From positions 68,723-132,722 of the IMG/VR virus record IMGVR_UViG_3300028048_000072: a DNA stretch of 64,000 nucleotides. One strand, 5' to 3'. Each line of letters starts with the position of its first letter. Position 1 is the stretch's first letter. A program made the translations under genes and the position numbers. This DNA comes from a virus. Its lineage: Duplodnaviria; Caudoviricetes. The notes beneath the pieces were generated by a model. The model saw only the letters and a program-made list of their open reading frames with translations. It did no database searches and was not told where the DNA came from. This document shows, piece after piece, positions 40,295 to 50,561 of this stretch.

Positions 40295-40522
40295 CTACTT
40301 TTCTTTTTTATTACCTTCAAATACAGAAAGATATTTCTTGTATGATTTATTATTCATTCCTAGCAAATCTTTACAAGATAAAAGACTTTTTCTGATGAAA
40401 ACTTTATTTTCTAATGTGGTGATTTTGTAATAATATACTCCCATAGTAGTATATCTTTCAATATCACCAATTTTCTTATTTGTGGTTTTACCCTTATATT
40501 CTCTTGAATTAAATACTTCCAT
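40295..40522 (-). CDS. small basic hypothetical protein
   Basis: GGGAG RBS. Confidence 0.5.
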   Translation of the reverse strand: MEVFNSREYKGKTTNKKIGDIERYTTMGVYYYKITTLENKVFIRKSLLSCKDLLGMNNKSYKKYLSVFEGNKKEK

Positions 40523-40735
40523 AATTATTTATTTCTCCCTTATCACATATTTAATATAATCTATTTGTGCAGAAAGTCTTTTTAGATTTTCATTTAATGA
40601 ATTCATGTTTTCTATTGTCTTATTCATATTTATGATAATTTCATTAATATGAGTATTTACTTCATCTATCTGATTTCTAATTAAATCTTCATTTACCATA
40701 ATTTATTTTTTATCCTCCACTTCTAAAAAAAAAGA

Positions 40736-41056
40736 TTATTTATTCACTACTCTATAAATTATTAAAGGTATGGCTATGATTGGAATATATAGCCAATTAA
40801 AAAGAATGGAAAGTTTATTATATAGATGCTCATGATTTACAAGTTTTAGAATATTTTTATTTTTATACTTATTATTTAATATGATGTAATTTCCCCATGC
40901 AAAAGAATCTAAACATACCTCTTTACAGAAATAAACTTTCACTACTCTATTATCTTCACATATTACTTTTTTAGTAGAAGTAAGTTTATTATTTTCTATA
41001 ATATATTTTCCAATTAAATTTTGTGGAAGTTGCCAAATAAAACTTAGTATATTCAT
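40736..41056 (-). CDS. hypothetical protein (WQLPQNLIG...HEH)
   Basis: ORF with RBS; degenerate HExxH. Confidence 0.55.
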   Translation of the reverse strand: MNILSFIWQLPQNLIGKYIIENNKLTSTKKVICEDNRVVKVYFCKEVCLDSFAWGNYIILNNKYKNKNILKLVNHEHLYNKLSILFNWLYIPIIAIPLIIYRVVNK

Positions 41057-41309
41057 TGTATATCCTTATTGTTTATCTTCTGTATCATCAACAATCGCTT
41101 TTACCCAAAATACCATAAATATAAACAATGCAATCATTCCAATTAAAAATGTTAGAAGTTCCATAAATCACTTATTTCCTTTTATATTTAATATTATATA
41201 TCATATAAAATTAACGGTCAATAAAAAACTAGGTGATTTTTTTAATTATATCACCTAGTAAAAAACTTTCACCTTTATAGAGGTATGACTGTGCTTAAAG
41301 TTTTTTTAT

Positions 41310-41720
41310 CTATCTTTTTAATACTTGATTTACTTTATAAAGTTCCTTATTGAAAAAATCTTTTATTTCATCAATCTTAGAATATACAAATGAATCATAA
41401 TAATTATCTACTCTATTTAAAATATCCAAAATATAATTTAATGTTTCAAGTATAAGTTCTGCAGAATTTGTGGTGCTTACTTCTGATGGTTCTAATGGAA
41501 TCCAATCTACTCTTACACAAGAAGTTGCCATACTTCCAACATATTCACCATATCCAATTGCAGTTTCTACTAAATCATCATAGAAATCTTCTGCTTCACT
41601 ATACAAATCTTCTGCTACTTCATGAAAACGATAAAATTCTTCACCTTTAGCATTAAAATGAAGTGTTCTCATATCAAAGAAAAATACTGCCATGTTATCG
41701 GCAATTTCAGAAAGTGTCAT
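41310..41720 (-). CDS. Dps/ferritin-like protein
   Basis: LHFNAKGEEFYRFHEVAEDLY...DDLVE matches the Dps signature. Confidence 0.75.
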   Translation of the reverse strand: MTLSEIADNMAVFFFDMRTLHFNAKGEEFYRFHEVAEDLYSEAEDFYDDLVETAIGYGEYVGSMATSCVRVDWIPLEPSEVSTTNSAELILETLNYILDILNRVDNYYDSFVYSKIDEIKDFFNKELYKVNQVLKR

Positions 41721-41755
41721 ATCATTAATTCTCCTTATGAATAATATAGTTATGT

Positions 41756-41858
41756 AAAAAAAGAAGGGTTCATTGAGAAAAAGGGGTTATTCTCAATGAA
41801 CCCAATATATGAAACAGATTTAAGACAAGAGAGAGTAAAGAATCTTAAATCTGTAATC
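41756..41858 (-). ncRNA. putative two-hairpin small RNA with CU-rich loops
   Basis: CAACTAT at 41862-41868 (-); perfect 12-bp and 14-bp stems; loops UUCUUUACUCUCUCUUG and UAACCCCUUU; U-tract. Confidence 0.5.
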
Positions 41859-41871
41859 AACATAGTTGTGT

Positions 41872-43005
41872 TTAGAGTTTTTTACTTCTAAACAAGAACA
41901 ATGCTACGGGTGAAATAATATCGATGAAAACAGATACAATCATCATGATAATCATCTGCAAAACTTCACCTTTAATTCCAAACAAATCTCCTACAAGATT
42001 ATAAAATGTCTTAGGTTTTGTTTCAACATTATTATTCATATCAAGATTATTTTCTTCAACAATATTCATTTTTTCAATTGTCAAAGATGTAATCTTATCA
42101 TTAATTTCTTTAATACGATTATTACGTCTATTTAACTGATAATTCAAATCACCATTTCGTACACCTTTATCATTTTCAATATTGTACTGAATCTGTGAAG
42201 AAATATCATTCTTTTCTTTTTCAAGTCCATTCTTTTCTTCTTTAAGAAGATTAATCATTTCATCAATAGAATTCTTTTTAGAATCTGCAAGAATTACAGT
42301 TTTATTTTCTACACGATAAATATCGATTGTTTTCTGTAATCTTGTAAAATTTACATCTGCAGATGAATACATTGAAAAAATAATTGTGATAATTGATGTA
42401 ACTACCAAAATAAAAGACATTCCCTTTTTCTTTTTGCGTTTCAAATCTTCTACAAACTGTAATCCAATCAAGGAATAAATAAACATAGAAGATGAAAGTG
42501 TTACTGCAATAATCTTTGTACCTATATATTTGTATAGGTAATCTGATGTATAATAAATAGAAAGACAAGCACATACAATTGATACATAAAGTAAGAACCA
42601 TCTTCCAACATTTTCAAAAGAGAATACATTAGAAAGAGTAATGTCTTTTTTAATCTTCAAATTTGTATTTGACTTTTCTTCTGATGTAGTATCTTTTACC
42701 AAATCAGTATTCATACCAAATTCTTCCTTTGCCTTATCTGTAAGATTCAATACTACGGCATTTTTTCTATTGCTCAACGGATTAATTGGTTTAGTTGGTC
42801 TAAGAACAAGTTTACCTGCTTCTTTAGATTTAGCATAATCATATCTTGCTTCTGTTCTTTTCAAGAATCCATAATCTTCGGGTGTTATAGTAGGAATAAC
42901 ATTATATTCCAAAAGTACACCATCTGATGTGAGAATCTTATCATTAGATACTTTAATGTATCTAATACCCAATCTGTTGTTTACAAAAGTTTTAATGTTT
43001 GCCAT
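41872..43005 (-). CDS. multi-TM membrane protein with coiled coil
   Basis: three TM helices, long coiled coil, C-terminal TM. Confidence 0.7.
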   Translation of the reverse strand: MANIKTFVNNRLGIRYIKVSNDKILTSDGVLLEYNVIPTITPEDYGFLKRTEARYDYAKSKEAGKLVLRPTKPINPLSNRKNAVVLNLTDKAKEEFGMNTDLVKDTTSEEKSNTNLKIKKDITLSNVFSFENVGRWFLLYVSIVCACLSIYYTSDYLYKYIGTKIIAVTLSSSMFIYSLIGLQFVEDLKRKKKKGMSFILVVTSIITIIFSMYSSADVNFTRLQKTIDIYRVENKTVILADSKKNSIDEMINLLKEEKNGLEKEKNDISSQIQYNIENDKGVRNGDLNYQLNRRNNRIKEINDKITSLTIEKMNIVEENNLDMNNNVETKPKTFYNLVGDLFGIKGEVLQMIIMMIVSVFIDIISPVALFLFRSKKL

Positions 43006-43072
43006 TTTAAATACCCCTTTAGCAATTCATATTATGTATAAACTTTAACATAAATTGCTAAAGTATGTCAAG

Positions 43073-44770
43073 TCAATTTTCAATAAATCCTAAATAATTT
43101 TTCCAATATTTTGAAGAAACATCACTAAAGGATTCAAATTTAGTTATCTGTGTTTTAGTATATATTTTAGATGGGTCTAAATTCATATCCTTACATATAG
43201 AATAAACTACTTTAGGACTACAATAAGAATTCAATGAAGTCCCTAATGCAATATTTTTACCTTCAGATTTAATATCTTTATTTACATTTGCTCTTTCAAG
43301 ACTTTCCTTAATTCTTTCAACTTTAGATTTTGCCTTTTCAAGTTGAGTACGATATTTTTCTTCTGATGCTTTAAGTCCTTTTTCCTTACAATGTTTAATT
43401 TTTACAGAAAGATATTTTTTCTTATTCTTAAAATTTTCTTCTTCAAGAGAAAGATTCTTTTTCAATGTGGAAATTTTATCAGACATTTTTTCCATGTTCT
43501 TTTTAAAAGATTCTTCGCCTTTTGCAGTTGTACCTTTCTGATGATTGAGATAAAGAGCAACATCTGCGTTTGCCTTTACGAAAATCTGTTTCTTTTCAAA
43601 ATCTTTCATATTTGATTTAATCTTTGCTTTATTAATCGATTCACATAAAACTGCAGAACCAATTGCACTTCTGAATGTTTTTGGACTAGCATCTTTGTAA
43701 ATAGATTTGATAAATTTTGAAACATCGTTACTTGAAATAGAAAACAATTCATCATTAGGTTTCTTATCTTTAATCTGATTTACAAAGTGATTATAAATAT
43801 CTCTAGGGATTTTATCAGTTTTAGAATAAGGAACACTGTCTTTTCCTAAAAAATCCAATTTGAGAATATAATTATCATTCTTTTCAAATACTTTAATATT
43901 CTTTACTTTAAGAGTTGTTACACCTACAGTATCTGCTTGGAATTCTTCTCTTTCATTACCGATACGGATAGCATAAGTTTTAACCATCCATGTTGCTAAT
44001 GCAATTTCACGATTTCTCTTAAATTTTGAATTCAATTCTTCTTTAATTTTTTCATCAAATTCTGTAAAGTGTCTAAGAAGATTTAATGCTTTTTCGTGTT
44101 TATGTTCCGTATTTTTAATCTGTCCTTTGAATGTTGCAGATGGTCTAATTGATTTTGTAATAGGTGGAAATCCACCACTTAATCTAATTTTATAAGAAAC
44201 AATCCAATCTACATCTTTTTTAGAAACAACGTTAAATCCCTTTTCTATAAGTTTTTTCTTACATTCTTCATCACCAATTACGTTGATTGTAATATCTTTT
44301 TCTGTAGTAGGATATTTAAAACAGAACATTCTTTTATCACCACCACGTACAATCAAAGCGTTCATTTCTTCAACCATATATCCCGCTAACTGTACTTTTT
44401 CACCATCAATAATTGCGTATCCATATTCTTCTTTTTCTGATGATTTTATCTTTTCAATTTCTTCTTTATGTTCTTTATTATAAATTTTCTTTTCTTCTTT
44501 TCTTCTTTCACAATCAGATTTCATTTTAGAACAAAGTTTTTCAAATTCATCCATATTATTTTTAATATCAACGGAAGAATCAATTTCTTTCATACCATTT
44601 ATAAAATTTGTGAAAGAATATTTGTTATCATAAGTATATTGTCTATCAGTATTTGCCCATCTGTAAATATATCTTTCTGCCATTGGTGAAAGTTTTTTAC
44701 CTAAAAATTCATAACCAAAATATTCAGTCTTTGGTATTTTACATCCGTTATAAGAAATTGATTTATACAT
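43073..44770 (-). CDS. DNA topoisomerase IB, long eukaryote/archaeal type
   Basis: RIGNE, FLGKDS, KTFRS, LNHQK, coiled-coil linker, ALGTSLNSYCSP. Confidence 0.9.
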   Translation of the reverse strand: MYKSISYNGCKIPKTEYFGYEFLGKKLSPMAERYIYRWANTDRQYTYDNKYSFTNFINGMKEIDSSVDIKNNMDEFEKLCSKMKSDCERRKEEKKIYNKEHKEEIEKIKSSEKEEYGYAIIDGEKVQLAGYMVEEMNALIVRGGDKRMFCFKYPTTEKDITINVIGDEECKKKLIEKGFNVVSKKDVDWIVSYKIRLSGGFPPITKSIRPSATFKGQIKNTEHKHEKALNLLRHFTEFDEKIKEELNSKFKRNREIALATWMVKTYAIRIGNEREEFQADTVGVTTLKVKNIKVFEKNDNYILKLDFLGKDSVPYSKTDKIPRDIYNHFVNQIKDKKPNDELFSISSNDVSKFIKSIYKDASPKTFRSAIGSAVLCESINKAKIKSNMKDFEKKQIFVKANADVALYLNHQKGTTAKGEESFKKNMEKMSDKISTLKKNLSLEEENFKNKKKYLSVKIKHCKEKGLKASEEKYRTQLEKAKSKVERIKESLERANVNKDIKSEGKNIALGTSLNSYCSPKVVYSICKDMNLDPSKIYTKTQITKFESFSDVSSKYWKNYLGFIEN

Positions 44771-44832
44771 AAATATCTCCTAAATATAAAAACGGATAGA
44801 GTGAACTTTTAAATTCACCCTATCCGAAAATA

Positions 44833-45108
44833 TTAATGAATAGAACTTGTACGGAAATTACGGAACGATTTTGATACGATAGTTTTTGTGATTCCTTTTT
44901 CTGCAAGTTTATTGTAGTCCAATCTACCATCAAATCTTACATCAGTAACAATTTTTTCACCAAAAACTTTCTTCACAAGATTCTGTTCTTTTCTGTCCAA
45001 CTTTCTAAGGTCAAAACCTTGAACATAAGTTGAATCCTGATGAATTACCAAAACACGTCTAGTTTCAGTTTCATTCTTTGCATTAGTGTACTTGAATGTT
45101 GTAATCAT
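44833..45108 (-). CDS. small WYL-like (SH3-fold) protein
   Basis: FKYTNAKNETETRRV...GFDL...RNFRTSSI; AGGGG RBS before ATG 45108. Confidence 0.5.
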   Translation of the reverse strand: MITTFKYTNAKNETETRRVLVIHQDSTYVQGFDLRKLDRKEQNLVKKVFGEKIVTDVRFDGRLDYNKLAEKGITKTIVSKSFRNFRTSSIH

Positions 45109-45292
45109 AATTAAACCCCTTTTATGATTATTAGATTTAAGGAAAGATTTCAAGGCTACCCATATGCTCTTTCGACCACGCAAGTTATTTAATTCTTTTA
45201 TGAATAAGATTTCATCACCTTTCTTATTCAACCTTATGTTTATATAATATCGTAATGATTAAACATAGTCAATGGAAAAAGTAAATAATTTT

Positions 45293-47776
45293 TTAATTAA
45301 TTTTACGAATAAAGAAATTTGCAGATACATAATTATATTCATTATACGATTGAATAGGTGGAAAAGTCATGTATGCTAAAATTTCATGATTTACATTTTC
45401 TATTGCAATTTCTTTAATATTATTTTTATCTGATGATTCAGTTTTATAATTGAAATAAACATTTGAATTTTTCAACATATCCATATCTTCATCATAATCG
45501 TAAGAAATTATAACTTTATAATAGTCAGTATTACTTAAAACTAAATTTACTTTAGGATTTAAAGAATCATTCCATGTATAATTTATGTCTGAACTAACAA
45601 CACCTTCACCTTCAAAATGTCCTTCACCATTATCAGTATAACTTTTTATAACACCATCATTAAAATAGATTGTTACTGTAATTGTGTTAGGTTTGTATTC
45701 ACAATTAGAATCTATAATTTCATCATAAATTGTATCACTAATAATGAGCGATTTATTTTTTATACTCTTAGATACATAGGTATTCAATATAAATAAACCC
45801 GTATTATAATCAATATGTCCACCTACGGGAATTTGTGCATTGTTATCATCAAGATAATAAAAATCACCATTGGCATCTGAATAAACTTTGATTTCTTCTG
45901 TAGTAAATACAAGGTCTTTTAAGTAAGTAAAATTAAATGTTTTACTCTTTATTGGTGAAAAATTTGTATATCCAATGTATGTTTTTTCATCCCCAATTCT
46001 TACACCAAATTCATTTCTAATATCATTACATGATACTTGTGAAGAAATCAATGTCCATAAATCTGTTTCTGTTATTTCAGATGAGTCATCTAATTCATAT
46101 TCTGCTAATTTATTTCCTAAATGAGTAATGATTCCATATTTTGTATTGTATAAATATTGGATTTCATCTTCTGTATAAATTTTATTCATGATATATAAAT
46201 CATCAATAATACCGATAAATTTTAATTCATCTTCATCATTTTCTATATTAGAATTTGTACCTATGTATAAAGGATATTGTCCCGCAAATGTTACAGATGA
46301 AATATCAATACTTTCTTCCAAAACGCTATTCACATAAATATTTAATAAATTATCATCAGTATTAAATTCAAAAAGAATATTATAATTTATGTTCTGTTCT
46401 GCAGATATATAATAAGTCTGTCCATTAAATTCAATTTCAAATTGTCCAACATCATAATCATAATAAACTTTTAAAAAGTCAAAATCTATAGCACAAATTC
46501 TATCATCAGATGATTGTGAATAAGGTTTAATCCAAAAACCAAAAGTAAAATTATCATTAATTATAATTAAATTTGAATTACTCTTTACATAAGTTGAACC
46601 ATCCAAATCTACACTTTTTCCTACAATACCTTCTATTTTTTTAGTATTTCCATAAACTGTAGCATTATAATAATTTTGAGAATAATCTTTAATTTCATCA
46701 CTTCCATCATCATCACTAAATGTATAGAACAACATCATTTTATTATATTGATAAACATCTTTATATTTTTCTTGTACTGTAGGTAAACTTCCACTTCCAC
46801 AAGAAATATACTTAAATTCTTCTGTAGATGGTCTACCAGTTCCTTCAACATCTGCATCCAATTTATAATTTACTAAATTATCCAAAGTCTGTTGTGTATC
46901 CAATATAAATTTTTCTTCTTTTGTAAACCCTTTCATATAATTGAATCCACAACAACTTCTTAATTGTAAATCAGGAATAGAAAATTCACCATTTAAATTA
47001 AAATAATCATATCCTTCTGTCTCATATAAGAAAGAAGATACTTGAATACCAATATGTGGAATAATAGGACATCGTTTAGTATACATTGCACCTTGCAAAA
47101 GGTATTCAAAAAATTCTGATGTAATCAAATATGTGTTATCATTTTTAGTATAAACTTTATCAGAATAATATTCCAATCCTAAATGTTTAGTAGGTGTAAT
47201 TCCTGCGTTTTTATCCAATCTCCAAATCTTTTTTCCTATCTTTTGGTCTAAAGTATATCCACTATCCAATGTGATTTTTTCAAGGCTAGAAATAGATGAA
47301 AAGTTTTTATCTGCATCCATTCTATAAAATGGTTCTGAATAAGAAATTGTGTTATTGTTTATATATTCAATAATATCATCTGATAAAATTGCACGAATGA
47401 ATTTATCATTATTCCAATAAAAATTGTATACTTCACCTAATTTTGAAATCTGTTTGAATATAATATTATACCCATTATAATTTGTTTTATTTCTAATTCT
47501 AAATGGAATAGATTCATATTCTTTTCTAAGCATTTCAAGAGAATTATCTACAATAAGATTTGGTGTATAACCAAACATTTCAGAATCATTAATTATACCA
47601 TCTTGTAATTGAACAGAATAATCATATAAGTATCTTGTTTCTGTCATTTTTTCTCTTTCAAGATACAATTCTCTTGCTATGGCTTCCATAAACTGTAACC
47701 ATAAATCATCAATTTTTAAAGATGATAATAAATTATATTCCAAAAATCTGTATTGTGGTAATTCTTTATCTTCCAT
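45293..47776 (-). CDS. baseplate/tail structural protein with LamG (concanavalin-like) domain
   Basis: DYSQN...GIVGKSVDLDG...FTFGFWIK...FIGIIDDLYIMN; C-terminal IKEIAI...ILAY. Confidence 0.7.
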   Translation of the reverse strand: MEDKELPQYRFLEYNLLSSLKIDDLWLQFMEAIARELYLEREKMTETRYLYDYSVQLQDGIINDSEMFGYTPNLIVDNSLEMLRKEYESIPFRIRNKTNYNGYNIIFKQISKLGEVYNFYWNNDKFIRAILSDDIIEYINNNTISYSEPFYRMDADKNFSSISSLEKITLDSGYTLDQKIGKKIWRLDKNAGITPTKHLGLEYYSDKVYTKNDNTYLITSEFFEYLLQGAMYTKRCPIIPHIGIQVSSFLYETEGYDYFNLNGEFSIPDLQLRSCCGFNYMKGFTKEEKFILDTQQTLDNLVNYKLDADVEGTGRPSTEEFKYISCGSGSLPTVQEKYKDVYQYNKMMLFYTFSDDDGSDEIKDYSQNYYNATVYGNTKKIEGIVGKSVDLDGSTYVKSNSNLIIINDNFTFGFWIKPYSQSSDDRICAIDFDFLKVYYDYDVGQFEIEFNGQTYYISAEQNINYNILFEFNTDDNLLNIYVNSVLEESIDISSVTFAGQYPLYIGTNSNIENDEDELKFIGIIDDLYIMNKIYTEDEIQYLYNTKYGIITHLGNKLAEYELDDSSEITETDLWTLISSQVSCNDIRNEFGVRIGDEKTYIGYTNFSPIKSKTFNFTYLKDLVFTTEEIKVYSDANGDFYYLDDNNAQIPVGGHIDYNTGLFILNTYVSKSIKNKSLIISDTIYDEIIDSNCEYKPNTITVTIYFNDGVIKSYTDNGEGHFEGEGVVSSDINYTWNDSLNPKVNLVLSNTDYYKVIISYDYDEDMDMLKNSNVYFNYKTESSDKNNIKEIAIENVNHEILAYMTFPPIQSYNEYNYVSANFFIRKIN

Positions 47777-47795
47777 AAAATCCTCTCATTTGTAC

Positions 47796-49535
47796 TTACT
47801 CATAAGATACTTTAATTGTACTTTCTTTATACATCAAAATATCTTTTCTTGTTTTAAGAATGATATTATTAGTAGTTAATCCATATCTAACTTTTACAAC
47901 ATATTCTTTTGTAGTATCAAAATCTGCATTATTAAATTTAATACTAACGTTTCCCGTAGATAAATAAATTATAGAACCACTAATATCCCAAACATCTGTG
48001 TTTGCAGAAATCAAATATCCATTAGAATCTACAGTTGCGAATAATTGATAAGTATCATCATCTTCACCTTTTTCTTTAATATAGCATGCAGTTTTTGTAT
48101 TAGAAATAGGATAAAGAGGGATATTAAATTGAAATATCTTAGGTGCATTAGGATTTGTTTCACAAGTCTTTTCAGAATAAATATAACTTGTATGATGGTC
48201 TACACCATTTACTTCATCAATCAATCTGATAAAATCTGATTCATAAATATTTTCATTAAAGTTCATGTTTTCAATCGAATAATTATCAACTAAAGTTGTT
48301 TCAATATCACTCCTTACTTGTGATAATACATAAGAAGAATTTAAAACAACGGCATTTACATCAAAAATCAACGGTATTTTTTCAACCGTTTCAAACTGAA
48401 CAATATCAGTAGGGTCATTTTTAGAATGAATATCTTCAATTACTTGATTCTTTTCATCATCTGTCAAGTTGTTGTAAATACTATCCAACAATGCTAAATG
48501 TACAACATTTTCAGATGAAGGAATAAATGTCCACGGGTCATAACCATTATCTTTATTAATTTCATAAGCACCCCAAACATTTACTTTAGAAATATACGCA
48601 AATTGTTTAATCAATGTTTCATAATCTTCTGTAGAAGATGCACGATTTCCCGCTTGATATACTCTAGGTGAAAGTTGTCTGATTTCATCGATTGTAGGAT
48701 AATCTTTACCACCAATCAAAGAACTTTCATTTTTTACATAAAGTTTTACGGGTTTACCATTAATATCAAACGCTTGTGTTTCAACATTTGTAATTATTCC
48801 ACTAGAATAAATATTACCGTCTGCACCTTTTGTAGCAATATATTTGAATTCTACAACATCATTAATCATGAGTTTTTGACCGTAAATATTGTTTCCAAAT
48901 TTAATTGTAACACCACTTAAATCTGATTTTGTAACCAATTCATAAACTTTATCTGTAGGTTCACATTCAAATAAACTGTCTACTCTTTCCCATGCAATAC
49001 CATTTACATAAAGGTCATACATGGAATTATCAACATCTGCATCCTCGATAAACTTTTCTTCATAAAGATTACCCATTGCTAAAAACTTTACAGATTTTGC
49101 TTCACCTTGTTTACAACCAATCTTTACATAATTTTCAGATGCAGAAAAATTGTATGCTTTATCTGATACAAAGAAAATATCATTTCCACTAAATTGAAAA
49201 TATTTTGGAATAATAATATCTGTACCATATGAATTTTCAAAATTTTCATCGGTAGATACTATAAGATTACCGATAGCACCTTGTTTTCTAGGCACTACAT
49301 ATCCATGTACTGCAGACTGAACTAATAATGATGATTTATTTCTTGCTTTAGTCCACCAATTCTCATAAGTAAGATATTCATTGTATTGCATTTGATAAGC
49401 CATTTCTTGAACAATACCATCAATCAAACAGTCTGTTACACCGTAATTTGCAAAATTTGCCCATTCACTCTTACTTGAAAGATTTGTTAATATTCTTTGT
49501 TTTATACTGTCAAAATCAAATTGAATTGTAGACAT
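47796..49535 (-). CDS. baseplate wedge protein (T4 gp6 / baseplate J-like)
   Basis: FDFDSIK, GYVVPR, IKFGNNIYG, GGKDY..IDEIR, RASSTEDY. Confidence 0.85.
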   Translation of the reverse strand: MSTIQFDFDSIKQRILTNLSSKSEWANFANYGVTDCLIDGIVQEMAYQMQYNEYLTYENWWTKARNKSSLLVQSAVHGYVVPRKQGAIGNLIVSTDENFENSYGTDIIIPKYFQFSGNDIFFVSDKAYNFSASENYVKIGCKQGEAKSVKFLAMGNLYEEKFIEDADVDNSMYDLYVNGIAWERVDSLFECEPTDKVYELVTKSDLSGVTIKFGNNIYGQKLMINDVVEFKYIATKGADGNIYSSGIITNVETQAFDINGKPVKLYVKNESSLIGGKDYPTIDEIRQLSPRVYQAGNRASSTEDYETLIKQFAYISKVNVWGAYEINKDNGYDPWTFIPSSENVVHLALLDSIYNNLTDDEKNQVIEDIHSKNDPTDIVQFETVEKIPLIFDVNAVVLNSSYVLSQVRSDIETTLVDNYSIENMNFNENIYESDFIRLIDEVNGVDHHTSYIYSEKTCETNPNAPKIFQFNIPLYPISNTKTACYIKEKGEDDDTYQLFATVDSNGYLISANTDVWDISGSIIYLSTGNVSIKFNNADFDTTKEYVVKVRYGLTTNNIILKTRKDILMYKESTIKVSYE

Positions 49536-49577
49536 ATTCACTCCTAGTACATAAGAAAATAGTTAGATGATATTAAA

Positions 49578-49904
49578 TTAAAAATCCCTTTTCAGAACCT
49601 TAATATCATCAGAAAATGAACCACCAATATTCATAATCTGAATATATCCTAATTCTTCCAAACCTTTCAAAGTTTTGGTATTAGCACGAATAAACACAAT
49701 ATTTGATTCAATTGCCTTTTTATGACATTTTTCAAGGAACGAATATGTACTATTTTTATCATTCTTGAATTCATCAAAATTAGCATAAAATCTACTCTGA
49801 TTTTCAGTAAAATAATTGAATATATAATTTTCATCTTTGAATTCAGTTAGTCTATTCTGAATTTCATTCCACAACTTCTCTTGTGCTTTTGTTAATTTAT
49901 CCAT
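49578..49904 (-). CDS. hypothetical protein
   Basis: own TTGACA promoter and AGGGG RBS. Confidence 0.55.
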   Translation of the reverse strand: MDKLTKAQEKLWNEIQNRLTEFKDENYIFNYFTENQSRFYANFDEFKNDKNSTYSFLEKCHKKAIESNIVFIRANTKTLKGLEELGYIQIMNIGGSFSDDIKVLKRDF

Positions 49905-50561
49905 AATGATTTACCCCTTTCTCATTAAGATACTTTGATTATATATAATTGTATATCGAATGTCAATTCAAATTTAAATTATTTTTAACAAAATTTTTCG
50001 CAGTAATCCATTTTACATTATACTTTTTCGCAATACTATAAATTGATACATGATTGTTTATCATTATTTCAATTTCAGTTTTATATGGTGTTAATTTATA
50101 TACTTTAGGTTTTTCACCTTTTCTTCTTCCAATATGTTGTCCGTTTGCCATTCTCATTCTTAATGCTTCCCTTGTTCTTTCTGAAATTCTTTGTCTTTCT
50201 GTTTGAGCAACTATAGCATAAACAACACACATCATATTAAATTCTAAAGTACCACTAACTAAATTTTCTTTAATCAAATGTACTTCTACTTTCTTATTCT
50301 GTAGCATCTCTAATGTAATTAAAGTATCAATAATTGTTCTTCCTAATCTTGATAATTCAGACACAATTAAAACATCACCTTCTTTTAAAGAATTACATAA
50401 AATTCCTAAAACTCTCTTTTCTCTAGGTACAGTACCACTAATTGTTTCATTTACAAATTTGTCCAATTTGAACTTCTTGTAAGAACAATATTCCTTTATA
50501 AAATATTGTTGACTTTCCACTGTCTGAAAATTTGTACTAACTCTAGTGAACTACCTACTCC

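Noticed and set aside
43073-44770. Topoisomerase IB as the cassette recombinase
   Set aside because: It shares a fold with tyrosine recombinases, but the motifs are plainly TopIB and a serine invertase gene lies nearer the cassettes.
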